64,000 nt of DNA from the human T2T-CHM13v2.0 reference genome, Homo sapiens: the NCBI RefSeq assembly GCF_009914755.1, contig NC_060936.1; one strand, 5' to 3'. The notes under the pieces are model-generated. The model was not told the DNA's origin and did not search any database. It saw only the letters and a program-made list of their open reading frames with translations. Each line of letters starts with the position of its first letter. The stretch's first letter is position 1. Below are positions 52,901 to 64,000 of the stretch, piece by piece. The position numbers and the translations under genes are program-made.

Positions 52901-55900
52901 GTTCAACTCTATGAGTCGAATACACACAGCACAAAGAAGTTACTGAGACTTCTCCTATCAAACATTATATGAAGAAATCCCGTTTCCAACGAAGGCCTCA
53001 AAGAGGTCCAAATATCCACTTGCAGACGTGACAAACAGAGTGTTTCCAAACTGCTCCATCAAAAGAAAGGTTAAACTCTGTGAGTTGAACACACACATCA
53101 CAAAGTAGTTTCTGTGAATGATTCTGTCTAGTTTTTATACGAAGATGTTTCCTTTTCTACCTTTGGTCTCAAAGCCATTGAAATCTCCCCATGGAAACTC
53201 CACAAACAGAGTGTTTCAAATCTGCTTTTTCTGAAGGAAGGTTCAAATCTGTGAGTTGAATACACACACCACAAATAAGTTACTGAGAATTCTTCTGTGT
53301 AACATTATAGGAGGAAATCCCGTTTCCAACGAAGGCCTCAAAGAGGTCCAAATATCCACTTGCAGACTTTACAAAGACAGTGTCTCCAAACTCCTCCATC
53401 AAAAGAAAGCTTATCCTCTGTGAATTGAACGCACACATCACAAAGTAGTTTCTGAGAATGATTCTGTCTAGTTTTTATACGAAGATATTTCCTTTTCTAC
53501 ATTTGGCCTAAAAGCGCTTGAAATCTCCACCTGCAAATATCACAAAAAGAGGGTTTCACATCTGCTCTGTCTAAAGGACAGTTCACCTCTGTGAGTTGAA
53601 TAGAGGCAGCACAAAGAAGTTACTGAGTATTCTTCTTTCTAGCGTTACATGAAGAAATCCCGTTTCCAACGAAGGCCTCAAAGAGGCCCAAATATCTGCT
53701 TGCAGACTTTACAGACAGAGTGTTTCCAAACTACTCTATGAAAAGAAAGCTTAAACTCCTTGAGTTGAACGCACACATCACAAAGTAGTTTCTGAGAATG
53801 ATTCTGTCTTGTTTTTATACGAAGATATTTCCGTTTCTAAGATTGGCCTCCAAGCGATTGAAATCTCCAACTGGAAACTGCACAAATAGGGTGTTTCAAA
53901 TCTGCTCTGTCTAAAGGAAGGTTCAACTCTGTGAGTTGAATACACACACCACAAATAAGTTACTGAGAATTCTTCTGTCGAACATTACATGAAGAGATCC
54001 CGTTTCCAACGAAGGCCTCAAAGAGGTCCAAATATCCACTTGCAGACATTACAAACAGAGTGTTTCCAAACTGCTCCATCAAAAGAAAGCCTAAACTCTT
54101 TGAGCTGAACGCACACATCAAAAGGAAGTTTCTGTGAATAATTCTGTCTAGACTTTAGAAGAAGATGTTTCCTTTTCTACTGTAGGCCTCAAAGCGCTTG
54201 AAATCTCCAGCTGCAAATTCCACAAAAAGGGTGTTTAACATCTGCTCTTCTAAAGGAAAGTTCAACTCCATGAGTTGAATACACACAGCACGAAGAAGTT
54301 ACTCAGACTTCGCCTATCAAACATTATAGGAAGAAATCCCGTTTCCAACGAAGGCCTCAGCGAGGTCCAAATATCCACTTGCAGACGTGACAAACAGAGT
54401 GTTTCCAAACTGCTCCATCAAAAGAAAGGTTAAACTCTGTGAGTTGAACACACACATCACAAAGTAGTTTCTGTGAATGATTCTGTCTAGTTTTTATACG
54501 AAGATGTTTCCTTTTCTACCTTTGGTCTCAAAGCCATTGAAATATCCACATGGAAACTCCACAAAAAGTGTGTTTCAAATCTGCTCTTTCTGAAGGAAGG
54601 TTCAACTCTGTGAGTTGAATACACACACCACAAATAAGTTACTGAGAATTCTTCTGTGTAACATTATAGGAGGAAATCCCGTTTCCAACGAAGGCCTCAA
54701 AGAGGTCCAATTATCCACTTGCAGACTTTACAAAGACAGTGTCTCCAAACTCCTCCATCAAAAGAAAGCTTATCCACTGTGAATTGAACGCACAAATCAC
54801 AAAGTAGTTTCTGAGAATGATTCTGTCTAGTTGTTCTACGAAGATATTTCCTTTTCTACATTTGGCTTAAAAGCGCTTGAAATCTCCACCTGCAAATATC
54901 ACAAAAAGAGGGTTTCACATCTGCTCTGTCTAAATGACAGTTCACCTCTGTGAGTTGAGTAGAGGCAGCACAAAGAAGTTACTGAGTATTCTTCTTTCTA
55001 GCGTTACATGAAGAAATCCCGTTTCCAACGAAGGCCTCAAAGAGGTCCAAATATCTGCTTGCAGACTTTACAGACAGAGTGTTTCCAAACTACTCTATGA
55101 AAAGAAAGCTTAAACTCCTTGAGTTGAACGCACACATCACAATGTAGTTTCTGAGAATGATTCTGTCTTGTTTTTGTACGAAGATATTTCCGTTTCTATG
55201 ATTGGCCTCCAAGCGATTGAAATCTCCAACTGGAAACTGCACAAATAGGGTGTTTCAAATCTGCTCTGTGTAAAGGAAGGTTCAACTCTGTGAGTTGAAT
55301 ACACACACCACAAATAAGTTACTGAGAATTCTTCTGTCGAACATTACATGAAGAAATCCCGTTTCCAACGAAGGCCTCAAAGAGGTCCAAATATCCACTT
55401 GCAGACATTACAAAGAGAGTGTTTCCAAACTGCTCCATCAAAAGAAAGGTTAAACTCTGTGAGCTGAACACACACATCAAAAAGACGTTTCTGTGAATGA
55501 TTCTGTATAGACTGTAGAAGAAGATGTTTCCTTTTCTACGGTAGGCCTCAAAGCGCTTGAAATCTCCAGCTGCAAATTCCACAAAAAGGGTGTTTAACAT
55601 CTGCTCTTCTAAAGGAAAGTTCAACTCCATGCGTTGAATACACACAGCACAAAGAAGTTACTGAGACTTCTCCTATCAAACATTATATGAAGAAATCGCG
55701 TTTCCAAAGAAGGCCTCAAAGAGGTCCAAATATCCACTTGCAGACGTGACAAACAGAGTGTTTCCAAACTGCTCCATCCAAAGAAAGGTTAAACTCTGTG
55801 AGTTGAACACACACATCGCAAAGTAATTTCAGTGAATGATTCTGTCTAGTTTTTATACGAAGATGTTTCCTTTTCTACCTTTGGTCTCAAAGCCATTGAA

Positions 55901-58900
55901 ATCTCCACATGGAAACTCCACAAAAAGAGTGTTTCAAATCTGCTCTTTCGGAAGGAAGGTTCAACTCTGTGAGTTGAATACACACACCACAAATAAGTTA
56001 CTGAGAATTCTTCTGTGTAACATTATAGGAGGAAATCCCGTTTCCAACGAAGGCCTCAAAGAGGTCCAAATATCCACTTGCAGACTTTACAAAGACAGTG
56101 TCTCCAAACTCCTCCATCAAAAGGAAGGTTATCCTCTGTGAATTGAACGCACACATCACAAAGTAGTTTCTGAGAATGATTCTGTCTAGCTTTTATACGA
56201 AGATATTTCCTTTTCTACATTTGGCCTAAAAGCGCTTGAAATCTCCACCTGCAAATATCACAAAAAGAGGGTTTCACATCTGCTCTGTCTAAAGGACAGT
56301 TCACCTCTGTGAGTTGAATAGAGGCAGCACAAAGAAGTTACTGAGTATTCTTCTTTCTAGCGTTACATGAAGAAATCACGTTTCCAACGAAGGCCTCAAA
56401 GAGGTCCAAATATCGGCTTGCAGACTTTACAGACAGAGTGTTTCCAAACTACTCTATGAAAAGAAAGCTTAAACTCCTTGAGTTGAACGCACACATCACA
56501 AAGTAGTTTCTGAGAATGATTCTGTCTTGTTTTTATACAAAGATATTTCCGTTTCTATGATTGGCCTCCAAGCGATTGAAATCTCCAACTGGAAACTGCA
56601 CAAATAGGGTGTTTCAAATCTGCTCTGTCTAAAGGAAGGTTCAACTCTGTGAGTGGAATACACACACCACAAATAACTTACTGAGAATTCTTCTGTCGAA
56701 CATTACATGAAGAGATCCCGTTTCCAACGACGGCCTCAAAGAGGTCAAAATATCCACTAGCAGACATTACAAACAGAGTGTTTCCAAACTGCTCCATCAA
56801 AAGAAAGGTTAAACTCTATGAGCTGAACACACACATCAAAAAGAAGTTTCTGTGAATGATTCTGTCTAGACTTTAGAAGAAGATGTTTCCTTTTCTACCG
56901 TAGGCCTCAAAGCGCTTGAAATCTCCAGCTGCAAATTCCACAAAAAGGGTGTTTAACATCTGCTCTTCTAAAGGAAAGTTCAACTCCATGAGTTGAATAC
57001 ACACAGCACAAAGAAGTTACTGAGACTTCTCCTATCAAACATTATATGAAGAAATCCCGTTTCCAACGAAGGCCTCAAAGAAGTCCAAATATCCACTTGC
57101 AGACGTGACAAACAGAGTGTTTCCAAACTGCTCCATCAAAAGAAAGGTTAAACTCTGTGAGTTGAACACACACATCACAAAGTAGTTTCTGTGAATGATT
57201 CTGTCTAGTTTTTATACGAAGATGTTTCCTTTTCTACCTTTGGTCTCAAAGCCATTGAAATCTCCACATGGAAACTCCACAAAAAGAGTGTTTCAAATCT
57301 GCTCTTTCTGAAGGAAGTTTCAACTCTGTGAGTTGAATACACACACCACAAATAAGTTACTGAGAATTCTTCTGTGTAACATTATAGGAGGAAATCCCGT
57401 TTCCAACGAAGGCCTCAAAGAGGTCCAAATATCCACTTGCAGACTTTACAAAGACAGTGTCTCCAAACTCCTCCATCAAAAGAAAGGTTATCCTCTGTGA
57501 ATTGAACGCATACATCACAAAGTAGTTTCTGAGAATGATTCTGTCTAGTTTTTATACGAAGATATTTCCTTTTCTACATTTGGCTTAAAAGCGCTTGAAA
57601 TCTCCACCTGCAAATATCACAAAAAGAGGGTTTCACATCTGCTCTGTCTAAAAGACAGTTCACCTCTGTGAGTTGAATAGAGGCAGCACAAAGAAGTTAC
57701 TGAGTATTCTTCTTTCTAGCGTTACATGAAGAAATCCCGTTTCCAATGAAGGCCTCAAAGAGGTCCAAATATCTGCTTGCAGACTTTACAGACAGAGTGT
57801 TTCCAAACTACTCTATGAAAAGAAAGCTTAAACTCCTTGAGTTGAACGCACACATCACAAAGTAGTTTCTGAGAATGATTCTGTCTTGTTTTTATACGAA
57901 GATATTTCCGTTTCTATGATTGGCCTCCAAGCGATTGAAATCTCCAACTGGAAACTGCACAAATAGGGTGTTTCAAATCTGCTCTGTCTAAAGGAAGGTT
58001 CAACTCTGTGAGTTGAATACACACACCACAAATAACTTACTGAGAATTCTTCTGTCGTACATTACATGAAGAAATCCCGTTTCCAAAGAAGGCCTCAAAG
58101 AGGTCCAAATATCCACTTGCAGACATTACAAACAGAGTGTTTCCAAACTCCTCCATCAAAAGAAAGGTTAAACTCTGTGAGTTGAACACACACATCACAA
58201 AGTAGTTTCTGTGAATGATTCTGTCTAGTTTTTATACGAAGATGTTTCCTTTTCTACTTTTGGTCTCAAAGCCATTGAAATCTCCACATGGAAACTCCAC
58301 AAAAAGAGTGTTTCAAATCTGCTCTTTCTGAAGGAAGGTTCAACTCTGTGAGTTGAATACACACACCACAAATAAGTTACTGAGAATTCTTCTGTCGAAC
58401 ATTACATGAAGAAATCCCGTTTCCAACGAAGGCCTCAAAGAGGTCCAAATATCCACTTGCAGACATTACAAACAGAGTGTTTCCAAACTGCTCCATCAAA
58501 AGAAAGGTTAAACTCTGTGAGCTGAACACACACATCAAAAAAGATTCTGTGAATGATTCTGTCTAGACTTTAGAAGATGTTTCTTTTTCTACCGTAGGCC
58601 TCAAAGCGCTTGAAATCTCCAGCTGCAAATTCCACAAAAAGGGTGTTTAACATCTGCTCTTCTAAAGGAAAGTTCAACTCCATGAGTTGAATACACACAG
58701 CACAAAGAAGTTACTGAGACTTCTCCTATCAAACATTATATGAAGAAATCCCGTTTCCAACGAAGGCCTCAAAGAGGTCCAAATATCCACTTGCAGACGT
58801 GACAAACAGAGTGTTTCCAAACTGCTCCATCAAAAGAAAGGTTAAACTCTGTGAGTTGAACACACACATCACAAAGTAGTTTCTGTGAATGATTCTGTCT

Positions 58901-61900
58901 AGTTTTCATACGAAGATGTTTCCTTTTCTACGTTTGGTCTCAAAGCCATTGAAATCTCCACATGGAAACTCCACAAAAAGAGGGTTTCAAATCTGTTCTT
59001 TCTGAAGGAAGGTTCAACTCTGTGAGTTGAATACACACACCACAAATAAGTTACTGAGAATTCTTCTGTGTAACATTATAGGAGGAAATCCCGTTTCCAA
59101 CGAAGGCCTCAAAGAGGTCCAAATATCCACTTGCAGTCTTTACAAAGACAGTGTCTCCAAACTCCTCCATCAAAAGAAAGCTTATCCTCTGTGAATTGAA
59201 CGCACACATCACAAAGTAGTTTCTGAGAATGATTCTGTCTAGTTTTTATACGAAGATATTTCCTTTTCTACATTTGGCCTAAAAGCGCTTGAAATCTCCA
59301 CCTGCAAATATCACAAAAACAGGATTTCACATCTGCTCTGTCTAAAGGACAGTTCACCTCTGTGAGTTGAATAGAGGCAGCACAAAGAAGTTACTGAGTA
59401 TTCTTCTTTCTAGCGTTACATGAAGAAATCCCGTTTCCAACGAAGGCCTCAAAGAGGTCTAAATATCTGCTTGCAGACTTCACAGACAGAGTGTTTCCAA
59501 ACTACTCTATGAAAAGAAAGCTTAAACTCCTTGAGTTGAACGCATACATCACAAAGTAGTTTCTGAGAATGATTCTGTCTTGTTTTTATACGAAGATATT
59601 TCCGTTTCTATGATTGGCCTCCAAGCGATTGAAATCTCCAACTGGAAACTGCACAAATAGGGTGTTTCAAATCTGCTCTGTCTAAAGGAAGGTTCAACTC
59701 TGTGAGTTGAATACACACACCACAAATAATTTACTGAGAATTCTTCTGTCGAACATTACATGAAGAAATCCCGTTTCCAACGAAGGCCTCAAAGAGGTCC
59801 AAATATCCACTTGCAGACATTACAAACAGAGTGTTTCCAAACTGCTCCATCAAAAGAAAGTTTAAACCCTGTGAGCTGAACAAACACATCAAAAAGAAGT
59901 TTCTGTGAATGATTCTGTCCAGACTTTAGAAGAAGATGTTTCCTTTTCTACTGTAGGCCTCAAAGCGCTTGAAATCTCCAGCTGCAAATTCCACAAAAAG
60001 GGAGTTTAACATCTGCTCTTCTAAAGGAAAGTTCAACTCCATGAGTTGAATACACACAGCACAAAGAAGTTACTGAGACTTCTCCTATCAAACATTATAT
60101 GAAGAAATCCCGTTTCCAACGAAGGCCTCAAAGAGGTCCAAATATTCACTTGCAGACGTGACAAACAGAGTGTTTCCAAACTGCTCCATCCAAAGAAAGG
60201 TTAAAGTCTGTGACTTGAACACACACATCACAAAGTAGTTTCAGTGAATGATTCTGTCTAGTTTTTATACGAAGATGTTTCCTTTTCTACATTTGGTCTC
60301 AAAGCCATTGAAATCTCCACATGGAAACTCCACAAAAAGAGTGTTACAAATCTGCTCTTTCTGAAGGAAGGTTCAACCCTGTGAGTTGAATACACACACC
60401 ACAAATAAGTTACTGAGAATTCTTCTGTGTAACATTATAGGAGGAAATCCCGTTTCCAACGAAGGCCTCAAAGAGGTCCAAATATCTGCTTGCAGACTTT
60501 ACAGACAGAGTGTTTCCAAACTACTCTATGAAAAGAAAGCTTAAACTCCTTGAGTTGAACGCACACATCACAAAGTAGTTTCTGAGAATGATTCTGTCTT
60601 GTTTTTATAAGAAGATATTTCCGTTTCTATGATTGGCCTCCAAGCGATTGAAATCTCCAACTGGAAACTGCACAAATAGGGTGTTTCAAATCTGCTCTGT
60701 CTAAAGGAAGGTTGAACTCTGTGAGTTGAATACACACACCACAAATAACTTACTGAGAATTCTTCTGTCGAACATTACATGAAGAGATCCCGTTTCCAAC
60801 GACGGCCTCAAAGAGGTCCAAATATCCACTTGCAGACATTACAAACAGAGTGTTTCCAAACTGCTCCATCAAAAGAAAGGTTAAACTCTGTGAGCTGAAC
60901 ACACACATCAAAAAGAAGTTTCTGTGAATGATTCTGTCTAGACTTTAGAAGAAGATGTTTCCTTTTCTACCGTAGGCCTCAAAGCGCTTGAAATCTCCAG
61001 CTGCAAATTCCACAAAAAGGGTGTTTAACATCTGCTCTTCTAAAGGAAAGTTCAACTCCATGAGTTGAATACACACAGCACAAAGAAGTTACAGAGACTT
61101 CTCCTATCAAACATTATATGAAGAAATCCCGTTTCCAACGAAGGCCTCAAAGAGGTCCAAATATCCACTTGCAGACGTGACAAACAGAGTGTTTCCAAAC
61201 TGCTCCATCAAAAGAAAGGTTAAACTCTGTGAGTTGAACACACACATCACAAAGTAGTTTCTGTGAATGATTCTGTCTAGTTTTCATACGAAGATGTTTC
61301 CTTTTCTACGTCTTGTCTCAAAGCCATTGAAATCTCCACATGGAAACTCCACAAAAAGAGGGTTTCAAATCTGTTCTTTCTGAAGGAAGGTTCAACTCTG
61401 TGAGTTGAATACACACACCACAAATAAGTTACTGAGAATTCTTCTGTGTAACATTATAGGAGGAAATCCCGTTTCCAACGAAGGCCTCAAAGAGGTCCAA
61501 ATATCCACTTGCAGTCTTTACAAAGACAGTGTCTCCAAACTCCTCCATCAAAAGAAAGCTTATCCTCTGTGAATTGAACGCACACATCACAAAGTAGTTT
61601 CTGAGAAAGATTCTGTCTAGTTTTTATACGAAGATATTTCCTTTTCTACATTTGGCCTAAAAGCGCTTGAAATCTCCACCTGCAAATATCACAAAAACAG
61701 GATTTCACATCTGCTCTGTCTAAAGGACAGTTCACCTCTGTGAGTTGAATAGAGGCAGCACAAAGAAGTTACTGAGTATTCTTCTTTCTAGCGTTACATG
61801 AAGAAATCCCGTTTCCAACGAAGGCCTCAAAGAGGTCCAAATATCTGCTTGCAGACTTTACAGACAGAGTGTTTCCAAACTACTCTATGAAAAGAAAGCT

Positions 61901-64000
61901 TAAACTCTTTGAGTTGAACGCACACATCACAAAGTAGTTTCTGAGAATGATTCTGTCTTGTTTTTATACGAAGATATTTCCGTTTCTATGATTGGCCTCC
62001 AAGCGATTGAAATCTCCAACTGGAAACTGCACAAATAGGGTGTTTCAAATCTGCTCTGTCTAAAGGAAGGTTCAACTCTGTGAGTTGAATACACACACCA
62101 AAAATCAGTTACTGAGAATTCTTCTGTCGAACATTACATGAAGAAATCCCGTTTCCAACGAAGGCCTCAAAGAAGTCCAAATATCCACTTGCAGACATTA
62201 CAAACAGAGTGTTTCCAAACTGCTCCATCAAAAGAAAGGTTAAACTCTGTGAGCTGAACACACACATCAAAAAGAAGTTTCTGTGAATGATTCTGTCTAG
62301 ACTTTAGAAGAAGATGTTTCCTTTTCTACCGTTGGCCTCAAAGCGCTTGAAATCTCCAGCTGCAAATTCCACAAAAAGGGTGTTTAACATCTGCTCTTCT
62401 AAAGGAAAGTTCAACTCCATGAGTTGAATACACACAGCACAAAGAAGTTACAGAGACTTCTCCTATCAAACATTATATGAAGAAATCCCGTTTCCAACGA
62501 AGGCCTCAAAGAGGTCCAAATATCCACTTGCAGACGTGACAAACAGAGTGTTTCCAAACTGCTCCATCAAAAGAAAGGTTAAACTCTGTGAGTTGAACAC
62601 ACACATCACAAAGTAGTTTCTGTGAATGATTCTGTCTAGTTTTCATACGAAGATGTTTCCTTTTCTACGTTTGGTCTCAAAGCCATTGAAATCTCCACAT
62701 GGAAACTCCACAAAAAGAGGGTTTCAAATCTGTTCTTTCTGAAGGAAGGTTCAACTCTGTGAGTTGAATACACACACCACAAATAAGTTACTGAGAATTC
62801 TTCTGTGTAACATTATAGGAGGAAATCCCGTTTCCAACGAAGGCCTCAAAGAGGTCCAAATATCCACTTGCAGTCTTTACAAAGACAGTGTCTCCAAACT
62901 CCTCCATCAAAAGAAAGCTTATCCTCTGTGAATTGAACGCACACATCACAAAGTAGTTTCTGAGAATGATTCTGTCTAGTTTTTATACGAAGATATTTCC
63001 TTTTCTACATTTGGCCTAAAAGCGCTTGAAATCTCCACCTGCAAATATCACAAAAACAGGATTTCACATCTGCTCTGTCTAAAGGACAGTTCACCTCTGT
63101 GAGTTGAATAGAGGCAGCACAAAGAAGTTACTGAGTATTCTTCTTTCTAGCGTTACATGAAGAAATCCCGTTTCCAACGAAGGCCTCAAAGAGGTCCAAA
63201 TATCTGCTTGCAGACTTTACAGACAGAGTGTTTCCAAACTACTCTATGAAAAGAAAGCTTAAACTCCTTGAGTTGAACGCACACATCACAAAGTAGTTTC
63301 TGAGAATGATTCTGTCTTGTTTTTATACGAAGATATTTCCGTTTCTATGATTGGCCTCCAAGCGATTGAAATCTCCAACTGGAAACTGCACAAATAGGGT
63401 GTTTCAAATCTGCTGTGTCTAAAGGAAGGTTCCACTCTGTGAGTTGAATACACACACCACAAATAAGTTACGGAGAATTCTTCTGTCGAACATTACATGA
63501 AGAAATCCGGTTTCCAACGAAGGCCTCAAAGAGGTCCAAATATCCACTTGCAGACATTACAAACAGAGTGTTTCCAAACTGCTCCATCAATAGAAAGGTT
63601 AAACTCTGTGAGCTGAACACCCACATCAAAAAGAAGTTTCTGTGAATTATTCTGTCTAGATTTTAGAAGAAGATGTTTCCTTTTTTACTGTAGGCCTCAA
63701 AGCTCTTGAATTCTCCAGCTGCAAATTCCACAAAAAGGGTGTTTAGCATCTGCTCTTCTAAAGGAAAGTTCAACTCCATGAGTTGAATACACACAGCACA
63801 AAGAAGTTACTGAGACTTCTCCTTTCAAACATTATATGAAGAAATCCCGTTTCCAACGAAGGCCTCAAAGAGGTCCAAATATCCACTTGCAGACGTGACA
63901 AACAGAGTGTTTCCAAACTGCTCCATCCAAAGAAAGGTTAAACTCTGTGAGTTGAACACACACATCACAAAATAGTTTCTGTGAATGATTCTGTCTACTT

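Larger units (their letters stand above)
1..64000 (-). repeat. Alpha-satellite (alphoid) tandem array, SF1 dimeric J1/J2 type; ~170-bp monomer, ~340-bp dimer
   Basis: Continuous ~340-bp periodicity of the CENP-B-box segment (1011, 1351, 1691, 2031 ... 63506, 63845). Box-type monomers (aaatcccgtttccaacgaagg) alternate with non-box monomers (atatttccttttctacc). EcoRI site gaattc lies ~30 bp before many boxes, as in SF1 dimers. Strand is given relative to the conventional CENP-B box orientation. Confidence 0.98.
33601..64000 (-). repeat. Homogeneous 8-mer HOR (1,359 bp, four dimers W-X-Y-Z), D12Z3/S1C12H1-like
   Basis: 1359-bp period (boxes 37013/38372/39731/41090; 52639/53998/55357/56716). One PvuII site (cagctg, e.g. 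35185) per unit, HindIII aagctt in two dimers, EcoRI in alternate dimers (~680-bp spacing). An SF1 8-mer cut by PvuII/HindIII matches my recollection of chr12 D12Z3; the chromosome assignment is less certain than the structure. Confidence 0.88.

Noticed and set aside
509-56141. Many short ORFs (62-114 aa) with recurring motifs such as MCAFNSQSLTF and FEAFVGNGISSYN
   Set aside because: They are translations of alpha-satellite dimers that open or close with single SNPs. No gene structure or protein-like features; useful only as markers of repeat periodicity.
1-64000. CRISPR-like pattern of a conserved ~40-bp core at regular spacing
   Set aside because: The intervening ~300 bp are themselves homologous repeats, not unique spacers. 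No cas genes. The core is the CENP-B box region.
1-64000. Possible L1/Alu/other transposon insertion or inversion at domain boundaries
   Set aside because: The 340-bp phase and orientation are unbroken throughout; I saw no poly-A tail, target-site duplication or non-alphoid sequence.
33601-64000. Assignment to SF2 8-mer arrays (chr 14/22, 18 or 20 types)
   Set aside because: The box context aaatcccgtttccaacgaaggcctcaaagaggtcc and the upstream EcoRI site fit SF1 J-type dimers. As I recall, SF2 has ...cgaaatcctcaaagctatcc.
33601-64000. Calling this the functional kinetochore site
   Set aside because: CENP-A position and the hypomethylated dip are epigenetic and cannot be read from sequence. 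Unit-to-unit variation here looks more like an array edge.

Overview
The whole 64-kb window is primate (most likely human) centromeric alpha-satellite DNA. It is an unbroken head-to-tail array of ~170-bp monomers arranged as ~340-bp dimers, in one orientation, with a CENP-B box or its mutated remnant in every second monomer. The box reads TCCCGTTTCCAACGAAG on +, which is the canonical CTTCGTTGGAAACGGGA on -. The dimer context (EcoRI-bearing '...gttactgagaattcttctgtctagcattatatgaagaaatcccgtttccaacgaaggcctcaaagaggtcc...') matches suprachromosomal family 1 (SF1, J1/J2). I see no genes, no transposon insertions and no strand switch; all listed ORFs are chance frames in the satellite. There are three layers. 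(1) 1-24.8 kb is a complex higher-order repeat (HOR) of 11 dimer types forming 18-, 14-, 10- and 8-mer variants, with more than half its CENP-B boxes dead and a 7,133-bp tandem duplication. (2) 24.8-33.6 kb is a divergent, irregular relative of an 8-mer HOR. (3) 33.6-64 kb is a homogeneous 1,359-bp 8-mer HOR with one PvuII site per unit, mostly intact boxes and a 6,115-bp tandem duplication. From recall only (not a database result), this fits the edge of the chromosome 12 centromere: 18-mer S1C12H2-like, then divergent HOR, then D12Z3-like 8-mer. I find no new gene system. The interest lies in array architecture: nested duplications, breakpoints at the CENP-B box core, position-specific box loss, mirrored old flanks, and an 8-mer with many fixed derived alleles. 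All alignments and counts were done by eye.
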